From contig OX597815.1 in the NCBI GenBank assembly GCA_951406725.2, positions 73,408,001-73,472,000 of the forward strand: a DNA stretch of 64,000 bases, written 5' to 3'. The DNA comes from Octopus vulgaris (lineage: Eukaryota). The notes below the pieces were generated by a model, which saw only the letters and a list, made by a program, of their open reading frames with translations, was not told the DNA's origin and did not search any database. The position numbers and the translations under genes were made by a program. This document shows positions 38,291 to 51,383 of the stretch, piece by piece; within the stretch, counting starts at the first letter, position 1, and each line of letters opens with the position of its first letter.

Positions 38291-39031
38291 ATAATTTGAC
38301 TGATGCTGGATTAAATTTATAATTTAGAGAAATATTTTTTACTGATACGTCTGTATAAAGTAGCATATATTTAAAGTAGCATATATAAAGTTGTATATAC
38401 TTAGGCAACCTTCATAATTTCAGAAGTATAAACAGTGACATTTAAAAATGCTGTAAAGCAATGAAAAATGACTATGTCACAGTGAATAAAATTTAGCTTA
38501 CGATTGAATCACATTATTAAAATCATCAATAAAAAGAAACTTGAAAATCATATTTTGATAAAAACATTAAAATTGGAATTTATAAGAATGTTCTAGATTG
38601 TGTAGACTTTAACAATTGCTTTCTTTTAGTAAAAATTACAAACTTCAAACTAATTAATAAGCACCTTTCTTTATTATAGCATTGATCTACATCATAAATT
38701 ATTAGAAATAGGTTTATCCTCTCCTAAATATGTGTTGAGAAACTCTACTTGCTTCCTAGCTTCTACAGAACACACAATGACCATGTCAAACGTGAATGTA
38801 TGAAGAATGTATACAAGTGTCTTGGAAATGAAAAGTAGCAGGATAACAAAACCTGCAAGACATATTTACACAAACCACATGTGTTATGAATGACAAAAAC
38901 TTATTGTTGTATGTATAGTAATATTGTTGTATACATATATATATATATATATATATATAGTAATATGGTTCTATACATGCACAGCTTCCAACTTCTCTCT
39001 CACTCCATTCACCCCAACCATTCTATGTGTT

Positions 39032-39062
<31 letters not shown>

Positions 39063-39130
39063 CTGTTTGTATAGATGTATATATTTATGTCTATACATGT
39101 ACAAATGCAACTGTGTGTGTATGTATAAAA

Positions 39131-39176
<46 letters not shown>

Positions 39177-39657
39177 CATACATGAGTTTTTAAGATATGT
39201 AGGAACAAGTTTTGAAAGAAATGTGTTCAACAGTATACAACAAACACATGCATAAATACGTACAAACATGTACAATAGATGTAACAACTTCTGTAAGCAG
39301 TAAAGAATATATTTAATAATAAAGAAAAATGTATGAAATGAATATGAAAAAAATATAAACATCTTATGATGAATGTATTCATGAACACACACACACACAC
39401 ACACACACACGTGCAAATGTCAATGTTGGAATTAGAGATTAAAAACAGAAAGTAACAACAACAGCAAAATAAAAAAAAACTACAACAAAAATACTATAAA
39501 AAATATTATTGAAATATTCCAAAAAACGAAAGAGAGAAAAAGGAGGGAAAAAAACAGAAATGAAATTGAAATGAGAATATAGCAAAGAATACAAGAACCA
39601 TAGGAATATCTAAGTAAAACCATGATCCAAAATATAAGCAAGATACAACAATAAAGA

Positions 39658-39704
<47 letters not shown>

Positions 39705-40047
39705 GATAAGGGGTCTGAGAAATATAAGGAAGAGAAAGAAGTGGAGAGGAAGGATAAAGGTAGCCATGTTGACAAATAAAATATGATTAAAAAAAGAATT
39801 AAACACAAATACAAAACATGCATGCACACACAAACACACACGTACACACACACAAAGTATATAAAGCAGGACATATCATGGCTCTCTGAATACTTTATAT
39901 TGAAAAATGTTGTGAGGGTGGGCTTGGATTGGGCAGGGAGTGTTGGTGGTGGTGGGGGGGGGGGCAATGCTTAATTCATGATGGGTCGTTGAGCGGTGGC
40001 AGTGGGGAGAGGGAGGTGGCAAACCGATATAATACAGAACAACCAAC

Positions 40048-40191
40048 CTCATCTTCCTGTTGGCGAACAAGTTTCTTCTTCTCGGCCTCATGTTGTAGTT
40101 CTTTCTCAGACAACTCCTGTTTGTAGTTTTGCTCATTCTGCAGGAATTTCTCCTGGTTTGTGCGTACCTCCTGTTCCAAATCACTGACCCG
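40048..40191 (-). CDS. CEP112: CEP112-like, coding exon d (144 nt, phase 0-0)
   Basis: Acceptor ...GCATTACAG|CGG, donor GAG|GTTGGT. Encodes RVSDLEQEVRTNQEKFLQNEQNYKQELSEKELQHEAEKKKLVRQQEDE (overlaps track ORF 39976..40179), versus recalled human VIADMEAQVHKLREELINVNSQRKQQLVELGLLREEEKQRATREHEIV. Confidence 0.85.
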
Positions 40192-40823
40192 CTGTAATGC
40201 AAGTAATATTATATATATATGTATGTGTATATATATCTATCTTTATCTCTCTCTCTCTATATATATATATATACATATATATATGTGCATATATATGTGC
40301 GTATGTGTGTGTGACTGTATATATATTTATATATACGTATATACACACATATATATGTGCATACATATATACATACACACAAACAAACATAAAAATACAT
40401 CTTAACAGAACACGTGTGTGTGTGAATATATATAAAATACAACCAATATATATATATATATATCGGATGTAAAAAAGATTGAAGACATGTATGAGATAAT
40501 TGTAAAAATGCATGCATGAACATGTTTCTGTAGCTACCAGTATAAATGAGAGAAGAAACTGAGATTTAGAACCTTTAGCAAGAGATATTCTTATGCTAAA
40601 AAATATTTTCAAAATGATGTTTCTCCTCTTTTAGACATCAATCTACATTTTTATCTGTACATGGAGACACACAGATGTACATGCATGGATACATATACAC
40701 CCATACATGTATAGGTGTATAAACACAACCACACACACACATATATAATATATATATATCATCATCGGTCCGTTTCCGCTGCGTACGTATATGTTCCAGC
40801 TCCAGTCTGATCTGCAGCCAGCT

Positions 40824-40880
<57 letters not shown>

Positions 40881-40892
40881 CGGGGGATGGTC

Positions 40893-40923
<31 letters not shown>

Positions 40924-41648
40924 ATTATAGGAAAGGGTTTAGGTCACTGGTGATCCAAACTAACAGGCATGCTGTGTAAGTGCTCCAACTGATAATCCAC
41001 TAGGATCCAAGTTTACAGCAGGAGATAGAGCTGAGGATCCGTACCCTACTCCTGAGTCAGCAGGTATAAATTAAAGGAGGAGGAAAACAAAACCAAGGCA
41101 GGATAAGTTTATCAGATCATTTAAATTATTTTAGTCATTATAGTGGTGAATCGAAGTAAGCAAAAGGAAATAATGTCTTACAGTTGTTTCTGGGATATCC
41201 CAGATAATGGATCAATGTGTTGACCCACCCTCTTCCTTTAATTTATATAATTCTCAGGATTCAAGAGAATCAGATAATTAAATGGTAAAAGCACTAAGGT
41301 TAGGTCAGTGAAGTCACATGGGTCTATTTAATTGTTCTTGAGAAATTCTAAATGTTTAATCCTTACCTGTATTCATCTGAAGAAAACATGTTTTGCATGA
41401 TGTACTAACACTTCTGGTTATTAATAAAAAACATATAAAAAACAGCTGTAGTGAACCACAATCCATCTGTTGTTTGAATATATTCTTTTATTCTTTTACA
41501 TGTTTCAGTCATTTGACTGTGGCCATGCTGGAGCACTGTCTTTAGTCAAACAAATCAACCCCTGGACTTATTCTTTGTAAGCCTAGTGCTTATTTTAATT
41601 ATCTCTTTTGTTGAACTACTAAGTTACAAGGATGTAAACACACCAACA

Positions 41649-41684
<36 letters not shown>

Positions 41685-41830
41685 AAGAGAGAGAAAAGAG
41701 AGAAAAGAGAGAAAAGAGAGAGAAGCTTCATTTTACCAAATCCACTTACAAGGCCGAAGGTGCTGGTGCCATGCAGTAGGACTGAACCCAGAACCATGTG
41801 GTTGGGAAGAAAACTTCTTACTACACAGCT

Positions 41831-41887
<57 letters not shown>

Positions 41888-42613
41888 TATGTATATATAA
41901 TTTTATGTGTATGTATATGTGTTTGTGTGCACCCTTGCCTAGACAAAATGTGTTGGTTGTAAAAGGGCATCATCATCATACAAGTGAGGTTGTTCATTTC
42001 CTGTCTACTATACAAAACATATCTAGCTATGGGGAAAATATTACCTTGCATGGAAACAGATAAGGGTTGGTGAGAGGAAGGGCATCCAGCCAAAGAAAAT
42101 CTGCCTCAACAAATTCCATTTGACCCATGCAAGCATGGACATTAAAATCAATGATACTGATAATAATGATTGTGATAATGTGATCAAAAGTAATAAAAGC
42201 ATCACTTAAGTTCTATGTTATCGAACTAAGAATATGGACAGTTTGATGAAAATTCATTTTGAGTGGAGACAGAATTTTTCCCGAAAGTGTTCATTGGGTT
42301 TGTGCTGGTTGTTGTCATGTTATTGGTGAGAACAAATGGCATGTGACAAAGGTAGACATGGACATATCTTTTTACGTTAGTTTACATCATGATGAAGGGC
42401 AACAAGCTGGCAAAATTGTTAGCATGTTGGGCAAAATGCTTTATGTATATATTCATATATATTCTGTGTTCAAGTTGACTTTGACTTCCATCCTCTTGGG
42501 GTTGATAGTATAAGTACCAATACTTAAAATAAGTACACTGGGTCAATATAATTGACTTGCACCCATTTCCCAAAATTGATGGCTTTGTGCTAAAATTTGA
42601 AAGCAATTTACAT

Positions 42614-42644
<31 letters not shown>

Positions 42645-42883
42645 AGCGGCAACAGCAACAACAACAACAACAACAACAACCTGGGAATATTACTGCCTCG
42701 AGTCCTTAGACACACAGGGCCAATTGCCTGCCCCTGCAGCATGTAAGTCACTAAGATGACAACTTTGCCCCAGAAAAGGTTGCCATTCCATTGCAGGATT
42801 ATTCATTTTCAGTTGAGTGAACTGGAATAATAGTAAATGAAGTGTTTTGCTGAAGAGACCAATGCACCGCCTGATTCAGAAAT

Positions 42884-43092
42884 TCTTTTCTACTCTAGGC
42901 ACAAGGCCTGAAATTTTTGAGGAGGGGTCAGTTGATTAGATCAACCCCAGTACGCAACTGGTACTTAATTTATCAACCCCAAAAGGATGAAAGGCTAACC
43001 GACCTCAGCAGAATTAGAACTCAGAATGTAGCGGCAGACAAAATACTGCTAAACATTTCACCTGGTATGCTAACAACTCTGCCAGCTCGTCG
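42884..43092 (-). mobile_element. SINE family A copy inserted in a D-related SINE
   Basis: Reverse complement of GGCGAC.AGCTGGCAGA...GCCTTTCATCCTTT.GGGGTTGATAAATTAAGTACCAG, flanked by pieces of a D-like head (~42780-42880 and ~43095-43160). Confidence 0.7.
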
Positions 43093-45654
43093 CCTGATCC
43101 AGAAATTGAAACCACAATGTTGCTGCAATTGTGAGTGCAACACCCTAACCAGTAGGCCACATTATTCCACATGATGAAGACATGGTCTTGTTGAAATTAA
43201 GATTCTCAATGCTTGCTCAGTCTATCCTGAAGCTGTTTATGAAGCAAATATTAATGCCTTGATTAAGTTATTCTAGTCACTGACTATTGTTGATGACAAT
43301 AACTTGCTTGTGGCTGGTGATCATTAGTGGACTGATGTAAACAAGAGAAAATTAGGAATTTCAATTGTATTATTTCTCTTTTATCATTCTGCATCTATTT
43401 TCTCCTCTAAGCATGAGTAGAATGGTTCTGTAAGTCAGGCTATTTACATCGGAACTAATGAATAATACACTTTCACAGCTGACTGGCCATCCTAAAGATA
43501 TATTTTCAACTGTTAAATGGTAAAATCAATTTTCACAGATGAATAATAGAGTCAATTGTATTGTCTCATTAAATTATTGATAACTATTTTATTGACCCCC
43601 AGAACAACAAAAGGAAAAGGTAACTCTAGTGGGATTTGAACTGACAACATAAAAAGACACAAGATATTTTGTAATTGGATGCTCCAATCATCATCATCAT
43701 CATCATTGCCGCATAGTCGTCACCATCACTATCGTTGATTATCGTTCAATTTTCCATGCTTGCATGGGTGAGACAAGATTTGTCGAGGCAGAATTTCTAT
43801 GGTTGATGTCACCGACTTTCACCAGTTTCTAAGCAAGGTAATATTTTCCCATGGCTGGACATGTTTTTCATGGAAGATTGAAAGTGAACAACCTTACTTG
43901 TATAACAATGATAATCATTTATAACCATCACATGGTATCTAGACAAGGGTACATGCACACACATACATACACATATATATTCTTTTATTCTTTCAAAAGT
44001 TTCAGTCATTTCACTGTAGCCATGCTGGAGCACTGCCTTACAGATTTTTTAGTCAAAGAAATCTACCCCAGGATTTATTCTTTGTAAGCCTTATTCTGTC
44101 TCTTTTGCTGAACCACTAAATTATGGGGAAGTAAATACACCAACATTAGTTGAGAAGTCATGGTGGTGGTGGTGGGGGAACAAGCACGTACACAAAGACA
44201 CATACACATAAATATATACGATGGGCTTCTTTCAGTTTCTGTCTGCCAAATCCACTCACAAGGCTTTGGTTGGCCTGAGGCTATATAACAGAAGACACTT
44301 GCCCAAGGTGCCACACAGTGGGACTGAACCTGGAATAATGTGGTTGGGGAGCAAGCTTTTTACCACACATCCATGCCTGCCCCTACACACACACACAGTG
44401 GGCTTCTTCTTGTTTCCATCTACTATCACAAAGCTTTGGCCATCCTGAGGCTATAGTAGAAGACATATGTCCCAAGTGCTGCATAGTAGGACTGAACCCA
44501 TGGTTGGGAAGCTTGGGAAGCAAGCTTCTTAACCACGCAGCTGCACTTGTGCCTATCTGCTCTACTATTTATCTAAGTCCACCTATCCTTCTCCTCACTC
44601 TGCTGACTGGTCATTGCATGAACATAGACACTAAAAACGGTTATATTTTGGTTTTCACTAAGAGCTAGTCTTACCTTCATTAGCCTATCAGATATATCAA
44701 CAAGAAGCAACACCAGTTTGCTGACAAGACTGTCCACAATGACTGGACCAGCATCAACTCTACTCTGTGAAGTATTCTCATTTTCTGACCAGAAAAATTG
44801 ATAGTTTAGCTTTCATAATACCCACTATCCTCTTAGTCATGTTTCCAATAGGATAGCAAAAGCTATTCCATGGCCCATTGATTCCATATAAACCTAGATC
44901 ATCATAGTTCTTTGTTCAGGTTTTCCTGAGTTGGCTAAATCCAGTAATGTTCTGATGGTTCAGTGGTTAGAATATTGGGCTCACAATCACGAGGTAGTGA
45001 GTTTGATTCCCAAACCAGGCTGTGTGTTGTGTTCATGAGCAAGACACTTTATTTCATGTTGGTCCATTTCACTCAGCTGTAGAAATGAATTGCGACATCA
45101 CTAGTGATAAGCTGTATCAGCCTTTGCCCTTCCCTTGAATAACATCAATGGAATGGAGAGGGGAGGCTGATTTGCATGGTTGCTGGTTTTCCATAAACAC
45201 CCATGCCTGGAATTGTGCCCAGGAGGGAAACTTTCTACGGTCATTCATGACTGAAGGGAGTCTTTACTCTTTTATTCCAGTAGCAAAAAAATCAGTTTGA
45301 TATATTTACTTCTTGCTACTCCCATCCATTCCTATATAATACAAAGTAGCCATGTATCTCTTCTATAGCAAGACACTCATGCCTGTCCTCTCAACTGCAA
45401 ACTCATTCAATTGAGGGGATTCTTATTTTTTCTTCGTGCGTTACTTGGTGATTTCATTTGTGCCAGTGTTACAAAAAAAGCATCCAGTACACACTGTAAA
45501 GTGGTTGGCATTAGGAAGGGAAGGGCATCCAGTAGAAGAAATTAAGCCAAAGCAGACAGAACTCCAGACAGTCCATCAGCTCATTGGATTGTCAAACTGT
45601 TCAACCCATGCCAGCATAGAACATGAATATACAATGACGGCAACAATTAAGATG

Positions 45655-45690
<36 letters not shown>

Positions 45691-45823
45691 TATATATAAC
45701 CAGAAGAACTGGTTCCAGGTTCAGTCTGCCGCATGGCACCTTGGGCAAGTGTCCTCTATTATAGCCTCATGCTACCCAAAACCTTGTGAGTGGATTTGGT
45801 AGATGGAAACTGAAAGAAGTCTG

Positions 45824-45890
<67 letters not shown>

Positions 45891-46154
45891 CGTGTGCGTG
45901 TGTGTGTGTGTGTATTTGTGTCTGCTTGTGTCCCCCCACCCCACCAACCATCACTTGACAACTGATGTTGGTGTGTTTATGTCCCTGTAACTTAGTGGTT
46001 TGGCAGAAGAGACTGATAGGATAAGCACCACGCTTACAAAGAATAAAGTCCAGGAGTCAATTTTTCTGACTAAAAAGCCATGCTCCAGCATGGTCACAGT
46101 CAAATGACTGAAACAAGTAAAAGAATAAAAGAATAAGTGTGTGTGTGTATGAGT

Positions 46155-46208
<54 letters not shown>

Positions 46209-46263
46209 CAGTGATATGTCTTAGGGAAGGAAAAATTTATAAAAAGATCTCTTTCTCTGCGAG

Positions 46264-46563
46264 CAGATCTAATCCTGATTCGTCAAAAAATTGATGATGT
46301 GTTACCTCAGTGGTCAAGCTATTGTCACCCTGCTTGGTCAGTTTCCTTACACGATACAGCTATGGGTCAGACCCGATTCTGATTCGTCAAAACATTGATG
46401 ACGTCTTTCTTCCGTGGTCAAACTACTCGTTCTGCTGGACTAGCCACCTAACAGGATACAGTCATGGGTCAGATCTAATTTCGATTCGTCAAAAAAATGA
46501 TGACGTGTTTCTTCCGTGGCCAAACTGTCGTTCCGCTTCGTTGGTTTCCTAACAGGATACAGT
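46264..46563. repeat. Tandem repeat, ~102-bp unit x3
   Basis: CAGA.C..ATT..GATTCGTCAAAA.A.TGATGA.GT...C.GTGG.CAA.CT...CCT.ACA.GATACAG starts at ~46264, 46368 and 46470. Confidence 0.88.
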
Positions 46564-46789
46564 TAGGAGTCTTTTCACTATATTCGTTGAGACTAGGTTT
46601 TGATTGGTTTGGAACTATATGACGTCAGTAAACAGTGCAAGTGACCAAAGCTTAGCTGAGCTGATATAAATCTAACAATCACAAAATTTACCAAAATTAT
46701 GCGAGCAGACACCGACCAAAAATCATTACAGTTGCTCCCATTGGAACACAAGGTAAAATCTAAAATGAACTCCTCGCCTTTTCAAGAAC

Positions 46790-47025
46790 ATGAATTTTTT
46801 ATATTTGACTCTATTGAATGTATGTCACAATTATGAACTATTACATCATACTCTTTAAACATATAGCATGGACTCTCTTTATTATATATGAATTTTTTAT
46901 ATTTGACGCTATTGAATATTATATATGAATTTCTTATATTTGACTCTATTGAATATATGTCACAATTATGAACTATTACATCATACTCTTTAAACATATA
47001 GCATGGACTCTCTTTATTATATATA
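46790..47025. repeat. Near-identical direct repeat (~100 bp x2 with a 35-bp partial copy between)
   Basis: ATGAATTT.TTATATTTGACTCTATTGAAT.TATGTCACAATTATGAACTATTACATCATACTCTTTAAACATATAGCATGGACTCTCTTTATTATATAT at ~46790 and ~46925. Confidence 0.9.
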
Positions 47026-47120
47026 AAAAATTTTTTTTTATAAGGTTCGTCATTTCAAGAACCGAAACATGTTAAATTAAAATTTGTCTAATATAGCAGC
47101 ATTTTCAAACTTCATTTTTT

Positions 47121-47169
<49 letters not shown>

Positions 47170-47171
<2 letters not shown>

Positions 47172-47425
47172 GGATGCATGTGGCTTAGTGGTTAGGGTGT
47201 CAGCATCATGATCGTAAGATTGTGGTTTTGATTCCTGGACCGGGTGACGCATTGTGCTCTTGAGCAAAGCACTTCATTTCATGTTGCTCCAGTTCACTCA
47301 GCTGGCAAAAATGAGTAACGCTGAGATGGACTGGTGTCCTGTCCAACTGAGGAACACATACGCCATAGAAACCGGGAAACCAGGTCCAAGAGCCTGACTA
47401 GGCTTTAAAAAAGGGCGCATTTATT
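47170..47425 (+). mobile_element. SINE family D, solo copy inside a (TA)n run
   Basis: Colinear with 25300-25552 over its full length. Confidence 0.85.
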
Positions 47426-48499
47426 TTATATATATATATATATGTATGTATGTATGTATATGTATGTTCATTACATACAAATGCATAGAATTTTTATCGC
47501 GCAGTAAAAACAAGTATCACCCTTTTCCTCACTCACCACAGAAAAATTAAATAGGAAAACTAATTCTAAATAATTACAGATTTCATATTTTGATATAAGG
47601 AAAAAAAAAGAATAGATTTTCGAAAATTGTATCTATGCTATTTATTTAATAAAACAATTATGCAAAAGCTGGAAATGCATACAATTCTTGAGGAAAAATA
47701 ATTATAATAAGAATAAAAATAACAAAAACATTGTGTAATTCTTTTGTGTAACTCAAGTGGTTCTCTTGAACTACTTCCTTTAATCAATGGTCTTTGTTAA
47801 TTTCTTTTCTTTTTTTTTTTTTTTATCTCTTTTACTTTTTGCATTGCATTTTTTGGTTATTTTATTCTTTGACATCGCTTCTGAAAGGAAACTCTGTTGT
47901 TTCATAAAAGTCAACTTCTGCCTCAGTAACTTTGTATTTGTCTAGTTGCCATAGAGAATCTATTTATTTATCTATTTATTCTGATTGTCAAGAAGAAAGT
48001 TACAATGTCTAGCTGATAATTTAGCAACAAGTAATAAAATCGGTGAGGGAAAAAAACTGGTGGACATGTGAATTAGTTTTGTTATTATTTTTATATATTT
48101 TATTTATTTTTTTTCTTTCTTACATTTAAAAAAAAATAATTCTTCAAAACTGCAGAACAGAATAATAGAAGTCTATTATGTTTAATTGTGTTAATGCAAG
48201 CCTAAGTTGAAGTTTACTCGATTCCATATTTTACCAATATTCATAACTAAGGAATGAAATTTTGCAAACAAAAAATAAAAAAAAAAAAGTAATGAAACAG
48301 CAAATGTGTGAATATGTGTGCATGTCAGTGTATGTGTGTGTGTGTAACTCATGCAAGCTTGAAAAAATGGATGTAAAGATGATGATCAAATATGTAAATA
48401 TATATTATAAAATTATGTGTATGTATGAATGTATCCATGCAAAAATGGGGAAAAAAAAACATGTAAAAATGATGATATATGTAAATATATGTAAACTTT

Positions 48500-48544
48500 T
48501 GTATGTGTATGTGTGTGTGTGTGTATGTATATATATATATACAT

Positions 48545-48594
<50 letters not shown>

Positions 48595-48870
48595 GATTAC
48601 ATATATATGTATATGAACATATATCTACATATAAGTATAAATATATATATATAAATGTATGAATATATATATATATATGTATATACATATATATATATAC
48701 ATCCATATATATATACATCCATATATATATATATATATGGATGTATATATATATATATATGTGTGTAAATATATGAATATATATATGTAAATATATGAAT
48801 ATATATATATAAATATATGAATATATATATGTATGTATATTTAAATACATCATAAAATACATATATTCAT
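48500..48870. repeat. Long compound (TA)/(TG)/(CA) low-complexity tract
   Basis: Seen directly. One of many such tracts, e.g. 31035-31135, 38930-39180, 40210-40460, 45826-45912, 61666-61860. Confidence 0.95.
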
Positions 48871-49295
48871 AATATAAAAGAGAACTAATATAGTCAAACA
48901 AGAAAAAAAAAAAAAGTATAATATTAGTCAAACAAATAAACAACTTTACTAAACACCAGATTGTATACAGTGCATATTTTACTACCCACCATATACCGAC
49001 TCTATTACAGACAGAAATATACTTAGATGTAAATATTGAAATATTTATCTATCAAAATATAGAATTTAGAAACACATTAAAGAAGTAAACAGATAAAACA
49101 CTGTCTCAACAAAAGGACTGTATTTACAATGTTTTGAAGACCTTAGCTTTGAGAAATGAATCAATGAGGTTTAATGTACCTTGTTTTTAACATTGGTTGG
49201 TCAGTGAGTTTTTTTATAATGGCTGGCCAGTGAGCCTGGGATTTAGACAGGACTCCCTGGATTGGTGAGATCAACGAAGATGCTGATGCTCATCA

Positions 49296-49670
49296 TTACC
49301 TCCACCGTAGTGAAGGCGGAGGTATTGTTTTCAGTCGTGTTTGTTTGTCAGTTTGTTTGTCCATGGACAAGATATGTCAAGAAATACTGGATGGATTTGG
49401 ATGAAACTTTCAGGGATGTTTGGCCTCGTGACTGGCACAAACTGATTAGATTTGGGGATAGATCCAGTACCAGACAAGGATTCTGGATTATTTTTCCAGT
49501 TTTTTTACTTAATTTTTGAGAGCAGTTGGATTCATTTTTAGTATTCTCATTTGTGAGAGCAGTCGAGTTTATTTCAGATATTCTCATTTTAAAAATAATC
49601 TCTGGTTAATCGTTAAGAGGATGTTGGTGTTGCTTTGGCAGAGGGTTATGCTCTCTGAGTGCTCTTGCTA
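49296..49670 (+). mobile_element. HINE / DINE-1-like non-autonomous Helentron
   Basis: 5' subTIR TTACCTCCACC with a nearby inverted GGCGGAGGTA, (GTTT)n microsatellite, GGATTT..ATGAAACTT core, and 3' GGCAGAGG followed by a short stem-loop region GCTCTCTGAGTGC. Confidence 0.7.
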
Positions 49671-50131
49671 TCAATGTTTTAGTGTCTACTTTTCCATGTG
49701 TGCATGGATCAGATATGATCCATGTTTGCATAGATCAGTATGTGGAGGCAAAGATCTGTGGTTGGATGTCTTTCCTGTTGCCAATTCTCGTTTGTTTCCT
49801 AGTGCAGTAATAATCTCCTAGGCAGGGAACTGGAAACTGGATGAATGAGTCTTTTGTTTACAAACCAGCAAACACAAGGGAAACATGCAAACACCATGCA
49901 TGTGCGTACACACACACACACACATATACAATGTCTACCAAAGCTATTCCTACGAATTTAGTTGGTTCAGGATTATAGCAGAAGATACTTTCCTCAGGTG
50001 CCACACTATAGGACTGAACTCCAAATCATATTGTTGGGAAACAATCTTATTACCCATAAAGTCATGTATGTATGTATGTATGTATGTATGTATGTATGCA
50101 TGCATGCATGCATGTAGGTAGGTAGGTAGTT

Positions 50132-50361
50132 AGGCGAGCTGGCAGAAACGTTAGCACGCCAGATGAAATGCCTAGCGGTATATCGTCTGCCGCTACATTC
50201 TGAGTTCAAATTCCGCTGAGGTCGACTTTGCCTTTCATCCTTTCAAGGTCGATTAAATAAGTACCAGTTACACACTGGGGTCGATGTAATCGACTTAATC
50301 CTTTTGTCTGTCCTTGTTTGTCCTCTCTGTGTTTAGCCCCTTGTGGGTAATAAAGAAATAG
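50132..50361 (+). mobile_element. tRNA-derived SINE family A (well preserved)
   Basis: GGCGAGCTGGCAGAAACGTTAGC head, GAGTTCAAATTCC B box, GTCGACTTTGCCTTTCATCCTTTC..GGTCGAT.AAATAAGTACCAG centre, AAAGAAATA tail. Further copies at ~10600-10940 (-), 23780-23960, 42398-42605, 55635-55842 (-) and the 57477-59415 cluster. Confidence 0.88.
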
Positions 50362-50411
50362 GTAGGTATGTATGTATGTCTGTCTGTCTGTCTATCTATC
50401 TATACACACAC

Positions 50412-50621
50412 ACGAGTGAGCGGTGAAAATTTCTTGGCTTTAAAGGTATTGTGAAAGGCTTGGTTGTAGGCCCAACCTTCTGAGTTCTTTCACAGAGCTT
50501 AGGGAAACTAAAGGACAACTGCAATAAGTGTATGAATCTGAGAGGGGAATATGTTGAATAAAATCATAATTAACTTATCCTCCTGCATTCTTTTTTACCC
50601 AAAGCCAGGAACTTTTCAGCA
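50412..50621 (+). mobile_element. Non-autonomous mariner derivative
   Basis: TIRs TGAAAATTTCTTGGCTTT / AAAGCCAGGAACTTTTCA; retains the mariner C-terminus CNKCMNLRGEYVE*. Confidence 0.8.
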
Positions 50622-51325
50622 TACATACACACATACATACATACATACATATAAATATATGTATGTATCTATATATAAGTAAACATATATATGTATGTGT
50701 ATCTATCTCTCTTGCTCCCTTTCTCTCTCTCTCTCTCTATGTGTATATATATATATATACAGAGAGAGAAAGAGAGAGATCTTTTGCCAAGAATGTTTTA
50801 ACCATAAATCAGCATTCAAACAAATGGCATCATTCTTCTCGAAGATCCTCATAACTGAACATATATGTCTTCAACATATTGCTGTATTAGAAAGGTTCTG
50901 TAACTGACATTAATCCTATTTCATTCAGTGCATAAAACCTTCACAAATAACAACCACATTTTGCCTTTCATGTGGATCAGGATCACTTTGGTTTTGATTA
51001 AAAGTATTGCAAGATCCTACTAATGCCGATTACATGTCTGTTTGCTGTGTGCTAAACTCAGAACCAGCAGAGTCAGCAGAGCTATCTGTTTCTGTATATC
51101 CTGAATATATATTTTCTATAGGACCTAAAAGCAGGCTTTAGAAATTTTTACATGCACACACACACACATACACAGGTGTATGTACATACATACATACATG
51201 CATGCAGAACAGGCATGGCTGTGTGGTTTAGAAGTTTCCATCCCAACCACATGACTCTGAGTTCAGTTCCTTTGAATGGCATTGTTAGTGAACTTGGTAG
51301 ATGGAACCTGAATGAAGCCCCCTCT

Positions 51326-51383
<58 letters not shown>

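Noticed and set aside
46264-46563. CRISPR-like array
   Set aside because: Units are similar along their whole length with no unique spacers; the context is eukaryotic and there are no cas genes.
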